From Mobula hypostoma (taxonomy: Eukaryota), in contig NC_086108.1 of NCBI RefSeq assembly GCF_963921235.1, forward strand, positions 44,952,001 to 45,016,000: DNA of 64,000 bases, read 5' to 3'. Positions 25,410 through 38,622 of the stretch are shown in pieces (position 1 is the first letter of the stretch; every line of letters starts with the position of its first letter). Position numbers and translations under genes: made by a program. The notes under the pieces are model-generated. The model saw only the letters and a program-made list of their open reading frames with translations, did not search any database and was not told the DNA's origin.

Positions 25410-25890
25410 TGCACATGCAAGGAAATCTGCAAATGCTGGAATTTCAAGCAACACACATAAAAGTTGCTGGTGAATGCAGCAGGCCAGGCAGCATCTCTAG
25501 GAGGAGGTACAGTCAACGTTTTGGGCCGAGACCCTTCTTCAGGACTAACTGAAAGAAGAGCTAGTAAGAGATTTGAGAGGGGGAGGGGGAGATCTGAAAT
25601 GATAGGAGAAGACAGGAGGGGGAGGGATGGAGCCAAGAGCTGGACAGTTGATTGGCAAAAGGGATATGAGAGGATCATGGAACAGGAGGCCCAGGGAGAA
25701 AGAAAAGGGGGAGGGGGGAAACCCAGAGGATGGGCAAGGGGTATAGTGAGAGGGACAGAGAGAGAAAGAGAAAAAGAATGTGTGTATATAAATAAATAAC
25801 GGATGGGGTACGAGGGGGAGGTGGGGCATTAGCGGAAGTTTAAGAAGTCAATGTTCATGCCATCAGGTTGGAGGCTACCCAGATGGAATT
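25410..25890 (-). mobile_element. Penelope-like element 3' end (ORF C-terminus plus pLTR with hammerhead motif)
   Basis: Minus strand ends FHLGSLQPDGMNIDFLNFR*, then a CT-rich UTR and AGTC-CTGAAGA-AGGGTCTCGGCCC-AAAAC-GTT-GACT at 25511-25546. Confidence 0.8.
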
Positions 25891-26330
25891 TACTGCAACT
25901 GCATATTATTGTTGCCCTATAGAGGATGCTGCGAACTGCTTGCCTGAACAACAGCAGATAATGGAGTGAAGATACTCCAACAGTGTAATTAGGTGGAGAG
26001 TTCCAAGATTTTGTTCCAATGATAGTGAAATGATGTTGACACATTTCCAAGTCAGGATGATGTGTGACTTGGAGGGAACTTGGAATTGATGGTGGTCTTC
26101 ATCTGACCTCCTGTTCTTCTAGTTCATAGAAGTTAGGTTCAGCTAGTGCAACAATGCAGCGTGAGTTTGATAGATCCTGTGCCAATCTTGGAGTATAGTT
26201 ATTTAAGGTGGTGGTTGCTGTACCAATCAAGTGGGTGTTTTAATCTAGATGACATCCACCTACTTGAGTGTTGTTGGAGTTCTGAACATCCAGGTACACG
26301 GAAAGTATTCCATTCACTCCTTGTCCCTTG
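25890..26330 (-). mobile_element. Old CR1/L2-clade LINE 3' fragment
   Basis: Minus strand CATCCTGACTTGGAAATG...TKSWNSPPN, homologous to 36040-36110 on the plus strand. Confidence 0.55.
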
Positions 26331-29099
26331 TAAAGATGTGCCTGTGGGAGCTGGTTATCTTGGGAGTTGCTTATTGGGAAAGTGGCAATTGAGAGAGAAA
26401 CCTGTTAATGACTGGGAAGTTTGGACTTGCATCAGAAAGCGGAGGTGGGTCTCAGGAAACTAGGACTTGAGACATCGATGAAGGCAACCTCCAGGATCAG
26501 GTGTTGTTGGCAGTGGCAATGGAGATCAAAGTTGTGATCAGGCAGCTGAAGTTTGGAGATGTGTGTCAAATATTGTTAGGGATGTTTGAATGGTAAGATT
26601 GATGGTGATTATTTTTTCTCTCTGTACATTCTTTAACACATGCCTTCATGTTGCCTTTTACCTACAGACTTCAAACTATCAGCTGTTCCTCCAATAAAGT
26701 AATAGTGTTTGCATTTAAATAGAACTTTCACAACCTTCCACAACAAAAATTAAATTCCAGTGTTGCAGTTTTAAAAATGTGGCATCTAGTTTGCACAAGA
26801 CGTGTGTAATAAACAGCAATAAGTCCTAGGGAAAATTCACACAGTCACCAGAAGAAGATGCAAGCTTTAATACAGACAGTATAGGAAATCAGGATTTATT
26901 CTGGGTCACTAGTAGAGCAGCACCAGTACCTGCTGCACCAATTTGCCATCATGAAAAGAATCAACATTTTGAAAAGAGTGCAAAAAATGAAGAGAGATCA
27001 GTGACTAATTAACACCCAACAAGGGTATTAAAGTCCAAAGGTTGAGGTAGGAAGCAAAAATTGAACCAGAGTTGGAGTCAGAGCAATAATTTAAATAATA
27101 TAGGGAGGTAAGGAGAAGGAACAGGACTTGAGGTTGTTTGGAGGGGAAAAAAAAGTGGAGAAAAGTTGAGATGATGGTGGTGCCCAGGCACGCTAATCCT
27201 CTCTCCTGTTTGTTCAGCTCTGCCAGCATAATTTGGAGGTTGTTACATTCTTATGTTACTTTTCTGTCTTGTCAAACAATTTATCCTAAGCACTTTGACA
27301 AGTTTCATCAGTGGCTGGAGTTGTACACTGATGCTTTCAAAGGTTCAATAATTACTTCAAACAATGCATGTTTGTTTATTGTGGTGTTTGCATTGCCCAG
27401 ATTGCTTGCAAGTTACTATGCACAAACTCAGACAAAAAGTAGGGATCACACTGTTGGGATGGAACACCAATAAGCATCCTTCTTTAAGGACAACTGAAAA
27501 ATCTGGCTGTAGGATGAGCTAAAGATGAATCATAGTAGAGCTGAGACATATTGAACTGTAAAATTACCTGTTGACAAAGCAGCACATAAGTTGAATATCG
27601 GAAGCAGAGATGGCATGTGACAAAAGAGCAGTGTGACATAAGTGACAGGTCTCGCATTTAGCCTTATGAGGAGGAAGAGAAGGAGTGGACCTGTGGACCT
27701 TCCTATCTCCTTTTGTTGTTAAGCTTGGTCCATGCCTGTGGCACTGCAAACCCACTTCTAACAAAACCAGATTCACAGTTAGAATCCAAGGTTGTGTAGA
27801 GAGATGAAGATTTGAGATAAAAGCTCTTTCCTGGTGTTTCTGGGAAGTGATAATCTCCCCTGTAAAATCTTACATTAGCAAAATTTAACCTCTGGCAGGA
27901 CTGTGGTAAATTATACGGCACAATGTTGATTCAAGTACTGTAGTAGAAAACAATACATAATGAATGACAGAGATCTCATGTTGACTTTGAAAGTTGTCAT
28001 GAAAGCCTCAACCTGCCCTATATGGAAATCCTTTACTTAGAACCACATGATAAGGCACCAAATTAATGTCACATAATTAGCTCCATACACCCAACTGAAT
28101 CACAGCCTTAAATCAAAATTGTCTCTTAATGTTTTTCTACCTCCCACATGCACAATTCAAACAAAATTAAGTTTTCTGAAACCCAAAGATCTTTTTCAAA
28201 ATACAATTTAATTAGTGCAAAGCTAATGTATTTACTCTGCTTCACAAGTTTTTGTACAATACTTTATTTTGTCTTTCTACAATAATTTTGGTTGAATCAG
28301 CTCATTTGGTTTCGTTGTCTGTGCTTAACTGGCTTGTGGTTAAAGTAGAAATGTCAATTATCCAAAGTAATTGAGAGCAGAAATGTACAGATAATGCCTT
28401 TGTTTAAATAATGAAACACTAATCAGGAAAACAGATGCAATGTGAACTTATTTTAACTGTAAAATAAAAATTCACTGGCTACTTAGATCTTTGATTCAGC
28501 CTATTTTAAGCAATTTCACAAGCATTACAAACCGTAGCAGTACTCTCCCTGCAGATACGTGAAAACTATACCCAAAACTTGCAACAGAATATACTGTTCC
28601 AAACTGTACTGATACAAGTCATATTCATGAATTTTATCATGTTAGAAATTGAATCCATTCAGCTCTAATATAATAAACTGCAATAACAAAATTCTGTTCC
28701 AATAAGCAAATTTTCCTGTTGATTTTGGAGTTCCAAAAGGCCTCTTCTCAGAATGGAGGGCCTGAGGAGGTTGAGCTTAACCACGAAGGCTGGCTGTAGG
28801 TGGTGTGTGTTTTTTTTTTCATCCCATCAATTGGATTTTTGGATTTAAGTATCTTCTTCCAGCAGCTAGGACGGAGGGCAGAGGTGATCAGAGGACCAGT
28901 AGATTCATTGCCAATACGTTGTGCATCTATTTCCATTTATTGCCCAATGCCTTAGCATTTGTCTTTTCTTTGAGGCTCAGCACAGCATGCTCTTATATTT
29001 TATGGTCTTGTGGTCTTACGGTAAAATCTTCCAAATTCACTAGAAGGATATGTAAATCAATTAGTTACACTCAATCAATTCTATTGGGCGCAATACACC

Positions 29100-29485
29100 A
29101 GACTTCTGAGTGTGTGATTAGAGGAAATTACTAGATGAACCAGTGGAAAATATTCAAGGGTGTGCTCAAAGACTCTTTGGAGAAGTGCAATACCCTCCTT
29201 GATTCCTGACAATACCTAGACCATGACTGGAGCTCAGGTTAGAGATGCAGGATTTGGGATGGTATTGAGGACCTTGACATAATGCATTGGGAGCACTCAG
29301 AGGTCCCGCATGGAGGGTGGAAGGAGTGGACCATCTAACAAACTATCACTGGCTCTCTCCATCAGCTACCACATGCCCCATCTGTGGAAGAGTCTGCATT
29401 TTCCACATTGGCTTCGCCAGTCAGCTCAGAAACCCCCAAAACAGGAGTAGAAGTAAGTCACTCCCAACTGCAGAGGCTGCCTATA
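29100..29485 (+). mobile_element. RTE-clade LINE 3' remnant
   Basis: FKGVLKDSLEKCN...DS*QYLDHD and a terminal C2H2-like CPICGRVCIFHIGFASQLR, typical of the RTE/BovB-type ORF end. Confidence 0.7.
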
Positions 29486-30007
29486 TCCAAGTCAATATGA
29501 TTTGTTGTTTCTATGCCTATTTTGATCTTGTCATCTACCAAAAAAATAGCTGTGGCAAGTTTCCAGTTGCTGCTGCTTTGTAAACTTGACAGCCCAGTGT
29601 GATGGTGGAGAGAGTAGATCTCCAGACTGGGAGATGAAATGCCTGTAAAATCAATGTCCTGGATGTGATTGAAGACGGGTGCAGTTGTAACAGTCACAGA
29701 GAGTACTCCATCCCATTCCTCTCTTAGACAACAATCTTGGGGAGCTATTTGCCACAATGTACCCAAACTCTGTCAAGGGTGAGGAAGGCACCCAAGCTGG
29801 TTAACGGTCTGGATCATAATATTTGGGATTTCTTTACAAGCAGAGCCTAGCTTAAGGATCACTACAGTTGTCTATGATACTACAGCAGGAGGAAATGCAA
29901 ATCTACCCTTAATACTTCTAACACTATTCTTATTCATAATGAATTCATAAAATTCATAATTTCAAGCATTATAAAGCCATTAAAGTACAATTCAGATGTG
30001 GTGTAAT

Positions 30008-30195
30008 TACTGTTATTCCTGGCCACACCTTATGGCACATGGGCTTCAACCTTTTGCCATTTTTAGCATTTGTCTGATTTTTTTTTTGAGGCTCAACCCA
30101 GCATGGATAGAAAAAGTGCAAGGACCCAGCCAGGTTCGAACTGGGGACCTTTCACCTCAAAGTCCGATGCAGATGCCACTATAGCACCAGCCGGC
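30008..30195 (-). mobile_element. Short tRNA-derived SINE (tRNA-Gln-like head)
   Basis: Minus head GCCGGCTGGTGCTATAGTGG (A-box) ... GGACTTTGA ... AGTTCGAACC (B-box) at 30121-30195; cloverleaf stems are imperfect. Confidence 0.6.
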
Positions 30196-30484
30196 TTAAT
30201 GATTACTGTGCCGTGCACAATCTAATTACCACTTACAGTCAGATAAAGCAATAGACAGATAAAAGTTAAAGACTTACTTACATTGTAGCATTAAGTGCAC
30301 TTAGCTTAAATTTTCATGGGGTGCATAAATGCATATGACAGAGTCCCACAGTCATGAATAAAGGTTAACTTAAAATTCCAATTTTTGATTTTACTGATGC
30401 CAATGCAACCTTGCTTTCCAATGTAGGATATGTTTCCTCATTCAACCGGCTAAATAAGTATAATTGCATTTAAGAGGGTGTCAC

Positions 30485-30599
30485 CTTGACCATGATGCTG
30501 GATGCCCTGGAGGTACAGATCGGACACTCTGGGTGATTAGAGAAGGGCTGCTTTGGTCCTTTCAAAATGGTCACAAAAGATCATGAACATGAAGCAACA
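30485..30599 (-). other. Candidate spliced exon (non-coding or 5' UTR)
   Basis: Acceptor TTTTTCTTGCTTTTCAG, donor AAG|GTGACA; all three frames have stops; ends ATCATGGTCAAG with a strong Kozak context. Confidence 0.35.
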
Positions 30600-30939
30600 C
30601 TGAAAAGCAAGAAAAACTTTTTCTTTTTGATGGATTGTTAAGTCCAAGGGGTTAGGTCTCTTCAGACCAATTGAAGTGCCTGAGCAGAGTTCTCTCTTTA
30701 ACGTCTCTTCTTAGTGCTTATCTTCTACAAAGCACCCAGTAGCAAAAGGGACAGGAAAACATTTGGTCCCCTTTTTTAAAAAAAAATTGTTTGTATGTAA
30801 CAGGCGTGCAAGGAACAGTTGTCAGTTTTCTCAGTGGTGTGTGCCATTACCTGAATGATCCCATTGAATTTGGGAGATAACACGCAGGAGAAATATCCAT
30901 CACACCTCACCCCTATTCCATGTTCTGACCTAGGATAAA

Positions 30940-32680
30940 TAGAGTCAGAGAGAGAACACAACAACACAGAAACAGGCCTTTGGCCCATCAAGACTGTGTT
31001 GAACTATTAATCTGCTTAGTCCCATTGACCTGTACCCGGACCATAGCCTTTCATATCCCTCCCATCCATATACCTATCCATGCCATTGGAATCAGTTGGT
31101 TGATTTGTGAAGTATCGTGTGCTTCTTGGAATGCAACATCAAGTACACGTTAAACAAATACACGCACAGGCGTCTTCGCTCTGTGGGCCACTTCTTCAGA
31201 ATGAAGACCATCATCCTCCACCTCGAGGGATAGCCACGATGATGACGATACCTATCCAAATTTCTCTTAAGTGTTGAAATTAAACCTGAATACACCAGTT
31301 TTGCTAGCAGCTCGCTCTACACTCTCACTACCCTCTGAGTGAAGAAGTTCCCCTTAAACATTTCACCTTTCAGCCTTAACCCATGACCTCTAGTTGTACT
31401 CTCACCCAACCTCAGTGGAAAAAGCTTGCTTGTGTTTACCCTATCCATAGTCCGCATAATTTTTTATACCTCTATCAAATCTCCCCCCATTCTTCTACAC
31501 TCTAGGGAATGAAGCCCTAACCTACTCAATCTTTCCCTACTGCACAGGTCCTCAAGTCCTGGCAGTGTCCTTATAAGCTTTCTCTGCACTCTTTCAATCT
31601 TATTTATATTTTTCCTATAGGTAGGTGAGTAGAACTGTACACAATACTCCAAATCTGGCCTCACCCATATCTTATACAACTTTAACATAACATCCCAACT
31701 CCTGTATTCAGTACTTTGATTTTTGAAGGCAAACGTGCCAAAAGTTATGGTCCTGTCTACTTGTGATGCCACTTTCAAGGGATTATGACTCTGTATTCCC
31801 AGATCGAGCTGTTCTACTGCATTCCTCACTGCGCCACCATTCACTGTGTAAGACCTACCCTGGTTTATCCTGCCGAAGTGCAAAACTTCACACTTGCCTG
31901 CATTAAATTCCACCTGCCATTTTTCAGCTCATTTTCCCAACTGGTCCAGATCCCACTGCAAGTTTTGATAGTCTTCCTCACTATCCACTACACCCCAAAG
32001 CTTGGTGTCATCCGCAAATTTGTTGATCTAATTTACCACATTATCATCCAGATCGTTGATGTAGTTGATGAACAACAACGGACGTAGCACTGATCCCTGC
32101 GGCACACAGCTAGACACAAGCCTCCGGTCAGAGAGGCAACCATCTATCTACTGCCACTGTCTGGCTTCTTCTGCAAAGCCAATGCCTAATTCATAATTCA
32201 ATTTACTACCTCATCTTGAATGCCGGATGACTGAACCTTCCTGACCAACCTCTCATGCGGTACCTTGTAAAAGGCCTTGCTAAAGCTCATGTAGACAACA
32301 TCCACTGCCTTGCCTTCATCAGATTTCCTGGTAACTGCCTTGAAAAGCTCTATAAGATTGGTTAGGCATGACCTACCGTGCACAAAGCCAAATTGGCTAT
32401 CCTTAATCTGTCCCTGTCCATCCAAATACTTATATATCCGGTCCCTTAGAATACCTTCCAATAACTTTCCCACTACTGATGTCAGGTTCACTGGTCTATT
32501 GTTCCCTGGCTTATTTTTAGAACAACAAAACAACATTAATGGACTCTAGTCCTTCAGCATTTTACCCATTGCTAAGAGAGTTTTAAATATTTCTGCCAGG
32601 GCCACTGCAATTTTTACACTATCCTCCGGAAATTTGAGAGAACACCTTGTCAGGCCCTTGGGATTTATCGACCCTAACAT
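30940..32680 (-). mobile_element. CR1 LINE, 5'-truncated (RT plus 3' UTR)
   Basis: RPVNLTSVVGKLLE, QFGFVHGRSCLTNLIE, KFADD (about 32007-32021), MEFNAGKCEVLHFG, VRPDLEYCVQF. Confidence 0.92.
31081..31247 (+). mobile_element. 167-bp retroposed insert (probable RTE-type 3' end) with an 11-bp TSD
   Basis: ATACCTATCCA at 31070-31080 and 31248-31258; the insert ends in GATGATGACG. Confidence 0.8.
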
Positions 32681-33289
32681 AAATTAGATCTTCATCTTCT
32701 GTAAGGTCATACTTTTGTATGCAAAGTGAAGTTACATGTAGATTAGGTGTTTGCAATTCAAATAAAGCACAAATTAGTGGCAGAATAAAGTTTCCTCAAC
32801 ACTGTCTTCAGATTAGAAGCTTACCTGTCCTATTTTGAAATTTGTTTTTCAACCCATTTCTCAGAGACAAAAAGATTTTCTTTGAAGTAAAATCTGAAAA
32901 TGCTGGAGATACTCATCAGGTCAGGCAGAATTTGTGATAGAGAAATTGTTAATGTTTCAGCTCATTGACAATGCATTGAGACTGATATTTTGGAGTAAAG
33001 GCAAAGCAGATTTTGAGTGGGATATTGCTTTGCAAGAACACTTGACTGGGACATTCAAATCTGAGTAAGACAGCAGCTCCTAATATATTCACCATAAGGA
33101 AAGCATTAGGAAGGTAGTTACTTTTTGAAAAAAGCAGTTTTATTCACAATGGAGGGATGTGCATTACTGCTGTATAAAATGTTATAACTATGAATGAGGG
33201 GTGATCATAGTCAGAGTAGCAGTGTGGGGAGGGCGGAGGAGGCAGGGATTGCGAATAGCTGAGCATAAAGCTGATGGAATACAGTGTAG

Positions 33290-33995
33290 AATAAAAGTGA
33301 CATTATCCATTATGGTTAAAAAGAATAAAGACACGTAGTACGTATTTTTAAATGGGGATAGAAAAGTACTGGTGATTTGTGGACCTGGATTTACACTTGT
33401 CACTAAAAATTAACATGCAGCTACAGCAAGAATTTAGGGAGAACAATGGTACATTTGATTTTATAACAAGGGAATTTGTGTTGAAGAGTAAAGATATCTT
33501 ATTGTAATTATAGAGTACCCTGGTTAGACTGTACTTGGTATTTTATATACTCATCTCCCCTTCTCCGGGAGAATATACATTTCATATAGGGAACACAATA
33601 AAAATACATCAGCTTGATTGCTGGGATGGGGGTTGATTATATGAAAAGTGATTAAGCTGACTGAACCTATACACTTCCAGAATGAGAGGTGATCTCACTT
33701 AAACATGAACATATCTAATAGGATTTGATAGGACAAACGGAAAGATGATGTTTCTGTAGCTGGTTTGTCTAAACCAAGAATCAGATTTCAGGGCAGAGCT
33801 GAGAAGAAACTTCTTCATCTGAAAGGTAGTTACTTTTGGGATTATCCACTCATGAGTGCTGAAGAAACAAAGATCATTAATTTTCTGGATATTCAGGAAA
33901 TCAAGGTATATGGTATTTGAATAAAGGTGTGGGGCTGAGGTAAAAGTGCAGCCATGAATGCCAGAGAAGGCATTAGGAAATGACTGGCCTATTTC
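33290..33995 (+). mobile_element. Old, highly decayed CR1 3' portion
   Basis: Residual CTGGTTAGAC..., AGAATGAGAGGTGATCTCA (RMRGDL) and AGAAACTTCTTCA motifs. Confidence 0.6.
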
Positions 33996-34289
33996 TTCTT
34001 ATGAACTTTGGTGTCTATCGTACAGGTGGGGATATTAGTGAGTGTACAACCAATACCCACCAGAAGAATGCAGATGATTTTTAGTATGCATCCTTGATTT
34101 GACACCAAGTATGATCTTTTGGATCTCATGTTATACCTACTGCTAATTTTATTTGGCTGTTCATGTGTTAAGCAGCAGCAAAGTTCATTCCCCCTCGCCA
34201 CCAGTGCTACTTAACGTAATCTTATGCAACGTGTAGGTCAGTTGCCAATTGACTTATTATTGCTTCCCGATCCCTCCAATGTTTGAAAT

Positions 34290-34562
34290 TAAAGGTTCAG
34301 GGTGAAAGGTGAACTCTTTAAGGGAAATCTGAGAGGGAATTTATTCACTCAGAGGGTGTGCAAGTGTGCAGCGATGTGCCAGCAGAAGTGGTAGATGCAG
34401 GTTCAATTGCAACATTTAAGAGAGGTTTGGATAGGTACATGAATGGGAGGTGTTTGGAGGGATAGGGTCAGTGTGCAGGTAGATGGGTCCAGGCAGAAGG
34501 ACCATTCAGCATAGACGGGGTGGACTAAAGGGCCTGTTTCTCTGCTCTCTGACTCTATGACT
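34290..34562 (+). mobile_element. CR1 3' end
   Basis: LRGNLFTQRV...PAEVVDAGSIATFKRGLDRYM and tail GGGCCTGTTTCTCTGCTCTCTGACTCTATGACT. Confidence 0.8.
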
Positions 34563-34770
34563 AATGTAAACCTTATGAATTCTAGCAGAACCTGATTTCC
34601 TTGTGCTATTGTTGGAAAACTTCAAGCAGTTCTAAGTCCAGAACTGTAGACTTTTGTCAGCAGTCTGGTTTGGATGGCTGCAGGCTAGAGTAAAGATACT
34701 GCTATTCTTGCAGGGACAGAATCATGAATGCAGATATCCTGAGAGAGGGCAGTAACTTTGTTCTCCACAG

Positions 34771-34810
34771 AACCTCTATTGTTCTCTGGGCCAGCACCTT
34801 AGCACTCCAG
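34771..34810 (+). other. Candidate 40-nt exon
   Basis: Acceptor CTTTGTTCTCCACAG, consensus donor CAG|GTAAGT; an alternative upstream acceptor lies at 34713. Confidence 0.35.
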
Positions 34811-35559
34811 GTAAGTTGTTAATGAACGGATAGTTCGAATTCTGTTAACACTCTACAAACCTATGGACATTGGAATCCACATTCACATCAGCCTTGGTGT
34901 GCACGCCAATAGATTGAGCTTGTGCAACTGCTATGTGAGCTTTCAATAATATCCTTAGATACCGAGAAGCTAGTGTTCGCTTTGGACTGGAAGTTGCTCT
35001 GATGATTATCAAACTGGGCATTATGATTAGGTCTACATGTACTTGGAAATGAATTGCCAGCCACCTTATTGGAAAAAATGGATGTCAACCTCTTTGGGAA
35101 ATCTTGCACAGATTCTCTGAAACTGAAGAGTAATGTTCCTTAATGTTACCTGGAGGTTTACTGAGAAACCTGCTAATGCTCCAAACATTTTACTGTGTTT
35201 GTTTAACTGTCTTTTCTGTTGGCTGCACCTCTGATGTCCTAATTTAAGCTCTCTGTTGCCAAACATATCTTACCCTCCAACATGTCAACAGCAGTGTTAT
35301 TGTCGTCCTGATTTTTGACTGGAGCACATTCTGCCCATTATCTCACCACTTGCATACTCCCTCTCTGACTTGCTCTGTACCACCAGTATTGAGCCAGTCA
35401 CAGTAAAGGAATATGAGAAAGCTATTTGTCATGATGTTGAGAAAAGTGCTGTGTATGTGTTGGACTGCTGTGTTTATTGTGCTTGAGTGACCCATCTCTT
35501 GATATTCGAAGTCTATGTACTAACTGATGGCACAAATCAGAAGCAAGATGGAATATCTC

Positions 35560-36180
35560 CACTTGTGTATGTGAGTGCAATAACACTCAAGAAGTTTGAT
35601 GCTTTCTAGGAAATTGCATTGTATACTTAATTGATAACCTCTTTCCACTACCTGACGAATTCATTGCCTTTGCCACTGACATATAGTTGCTGCTGTGTAT
35701 CCCATCAATGAAGTGCCCTGAAGTTGATTTTCCCAGCTTCTCTGCCTGAGGTTAAATACCATGGTAGCGTAGTGGTTAGCATCATGCTAGCTACAGCGCC
35801 TGCAACCCTGATTCAATCCCTGCTGCTGTCTGAAAGAGATTTGTGAATTGCTCTTGACGCCATGGGTTTTCTCCAGGTGCTCTGTTTCCTTCCATGTTCC
35901 AAAAACGTACAGAATTAGCAGGTTGCTTGGTAACTTGGGTGTAATTGGGTGGCATGGAACCAACCTGCAACTTGTACCAAAAAGGACAAGGGTAGCAGGC
36001 GCATTTGAAAATCACCACATGTGAATTCTTATCTAAGTCAAATACCATACAGACATGGAAATATAGCACCATTGCTGGGTCTAAGTTCTGAAATACTCTG
36101 CTCAACAGCATTGTGGAACTTTTATAGCAGTGGTTGAGAAAGCAGTTTACCACTGCTGTTTCACTGTGTGATGGCTATAA
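35560..36180 (+). mobile_element. Old CR1/L2-clade LINE 3' fragment containing a tRNA-SINE (about 35760-35960)
   Basis: GTGCAATAACACTCAAGAAGTTTGA and ACATGGAAATATAGC...GCTGGGTC motifs; SINE head GGTAGCGTAGTGGTTAGC...GATTCAATCC. Confidence 0.6.
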
Positions 36181-37679
36181 CCACTGAATCCATTCAGTCC
36201 TGTCTTAGTTTCATTTGATTTATAGCCTCAATGTTGTATATTTGGTAGATTGAAATTCAGCAAAAATAAATTAAACAATAGAGAGCATTTGATCAAAAGT
36301 TCTGAAAGAACCCACAATTCTTAGTTGAAAAGCTATTGAGGAATATTTAGTTAATCCTTGTTTAGAGAACATAACAAAAAAAATATACCAGAATAGGAAA
36401 TTATAACTACTAATTACAAAGTGTATAAACATAAAAAAGTCCACATTATTTGTTATTACTCAATGACAGGCTCATGTTTCTTCAACAATGGGGCTAGTAA
36501 GAACACAACAGAATAAACAAAGAATCAAAGTCTGACAGAAGTAGTGACTATTCAATCTGCTTAAAAACAGTATTTGTTAAAAGGGTGACCATGCAACAAA
36601 AGTGTGGTAGAGAATGTCTTACACGAAAGAGGTGATGTATATTAAGAAGATAGACAACCACTTCATTCTTAGGGCAGTATAAATGATTTCTAAGTGCAGT
36701 GTGGCTAGCATTTTTTACATTTCATGAATAAGCTAAACAAGATCTCAGGCATCTGATTGTTCAACTGAGGTGAAGTTAACCTGTAGGCCTAATAAATAAC
36801 TGTTCAATCTCCGGTACCCTGCAATCTCAAGGACAAGCTTCCCAACTTCAGTGGTTAAGCTGTTGTGTGTAGATGATGCTTGAGTGTTCAGAGGCCAAAT
36901 TCCAAAGGCCATCGGTATTGTTGACTTGTTGTCTGATGCATGTGAGAACAAGTGATTTTACAAAGTTTACCAAAGCCACCTTAAAAATGCAATTGAGTCA
37001 TGGGATCCCCGCTCTTCACTACTCAGGTGAAAAAGGAGCTTTTAGGGTAGCATGTAAACTGTAGGGAGCACAAAGAAGCCCAAATGTCCTTCTACCCCTT
37101 CAACCCAATGCCTTCTTCCCTATTGAAAAATCTACAGCTTCCAAAATGGCCTCATCAGTCACCTCAAAACCCAAAGGACCAGAGAAAACAAATCATTCAT
37201 GGCTCTGAAGGATCACCTGAGAAGAAGTTAAGTGATCTTCAAATTTATCTCTTTAAAGTCAATGAAATTGAAGCTTCAAGAATTGGAAGTACTCTTCACC
37301 TTAGGATAACAATGGACTCTCCCAAGCAATGCATCTCTCAGTACAGGCATAGTGTGCAGCCATTCTGATTAGAGTTAAATTCTGAGCAGTTTTGTGTGTA
37401 TTACTTTCATATTTTGAAAGTCTTTAAAATGCAAGAGGGAAAACAGATTAAAAGAAGTGTTTTTGATCTGGGTTTGATGGTTGTAATCCTAATTTAACCC
37501 ACCCCAGAAGGTTCTATTCAAAGTTATTTCCTTATATTTCAGGAGTATATGGAAACATCCCACAGACAAAGACCAGCTGGTCCTACAAATTTCTAATTTG
37601 AGCCACAGTGCAACTACAATCCAGCAACCATATGATCTTATGGGAGCAAAGAAAGAACTATTTTGTGAATATGTATGTT

Positions 37680-37940
37680 TGGTAGCATAGCAGTTAGTGC
37701 AATGTTATTACAGCCTGGGGTGTCAGAGTTCTGAGTTCAGTCCCGGCGTTCTCTGTAGAGAGATTGCATGTCCGCCCAATGGAACGTGTGGGTCTCCTCC
37801 CACAGTCCAATGGCGTCAGGGTTAGCAGTTTAATTGGTTATTGTAAATTGGCCTGTGATTAGGCTAGGTTTAAATCAGGGGCTGCTCGGTGTCGCAGTTT
37901 GGTGAGCTGGTAGGGCCTGTTCCGCACTTTATTTCTAAAG
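37680..37940 (+). mobile_element. tRNA-derived SINE
   Basis: GGTAGCATAGCAGTTAGTG A-box, GAGTTCAGTCC B-box, TTAATTGGTTATTGTAAATTG body, GGGCCTGTTCCGC tail. Confidence 0.75.
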
Positions 37941-38464
37941 TTAAGTATATAGAAAAGTTGGAGATTAGCAAAGTTGACAAATAACTCTGAGAACTAAAGG
38001 AGGAAAAGCACTTCCCAGAAGTTAGTTGTAACCAAGAGGTATATTTCCTAACATTCCACCTACCTCTTGTAACCAGCTATACTTGTCCAGCTCTGTTTTA
38101 AATATTTGCAACAAATCTACAGCCAAAGTTAATGATTCTCTGAAGTGTAGCTCCTGTACAATGATTTTCTAAATGTGCAACAGTGATGGAAAGCACTTGG
38201 AATGTTTACTCTGGGTATGGTAAATGGCACAAATAGATGGAATGATTTTCCTTTCTGTTAAACAAAACTGCTCCGAATAGTGCTGCAGAACTCGGGACAT
38301 CTTGACCTCTTCAGAAGGGATGGGGGCTGGAAATTACATCACAAAACTTAAAAGAAAATAGTATTAAGTTATTGAAAGTCAGTGTAATGCAGGGTACAGC
38401 GATTTTGCAGATTCCTGGATGGCTCAACTAATTTGGGAATTTGTCGTATTATTTTTCAGCAAGG

Positions 38465-38622
38465 CAGTCAATGTGCTGGAGGAGCTCAACAGGTCAGGCA
38501 GCATCTGAGTATGGGAATAAACAGTCGACATTTCGGGCTGAGACCCTTCATCAGTGCTGAGCTCCTCCAGGACATTGTGTGTGTTGCTCTAGATGTCAGG
38601 CATCTGCAGTACCTCTTGTGTT
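38465..38622. mobile_element. Palindromic Penelope-derived short element with hammerhead core
   Basis: CTGGAGGAGCTCAAC / GCTGAGCTCCTCCAG inverted arms; minus strand CTGATGA-AGGGTCTCAGCCC-GAAATGTCGACT at 38523-38554. Confidence 0.75.

Noticed and set aside
30121..30195. Possible functional tRNA-Gln gene
   Set aside because: Acceptor and anticodon stems pair poorly, and the sequence runs into a SINE-like body.
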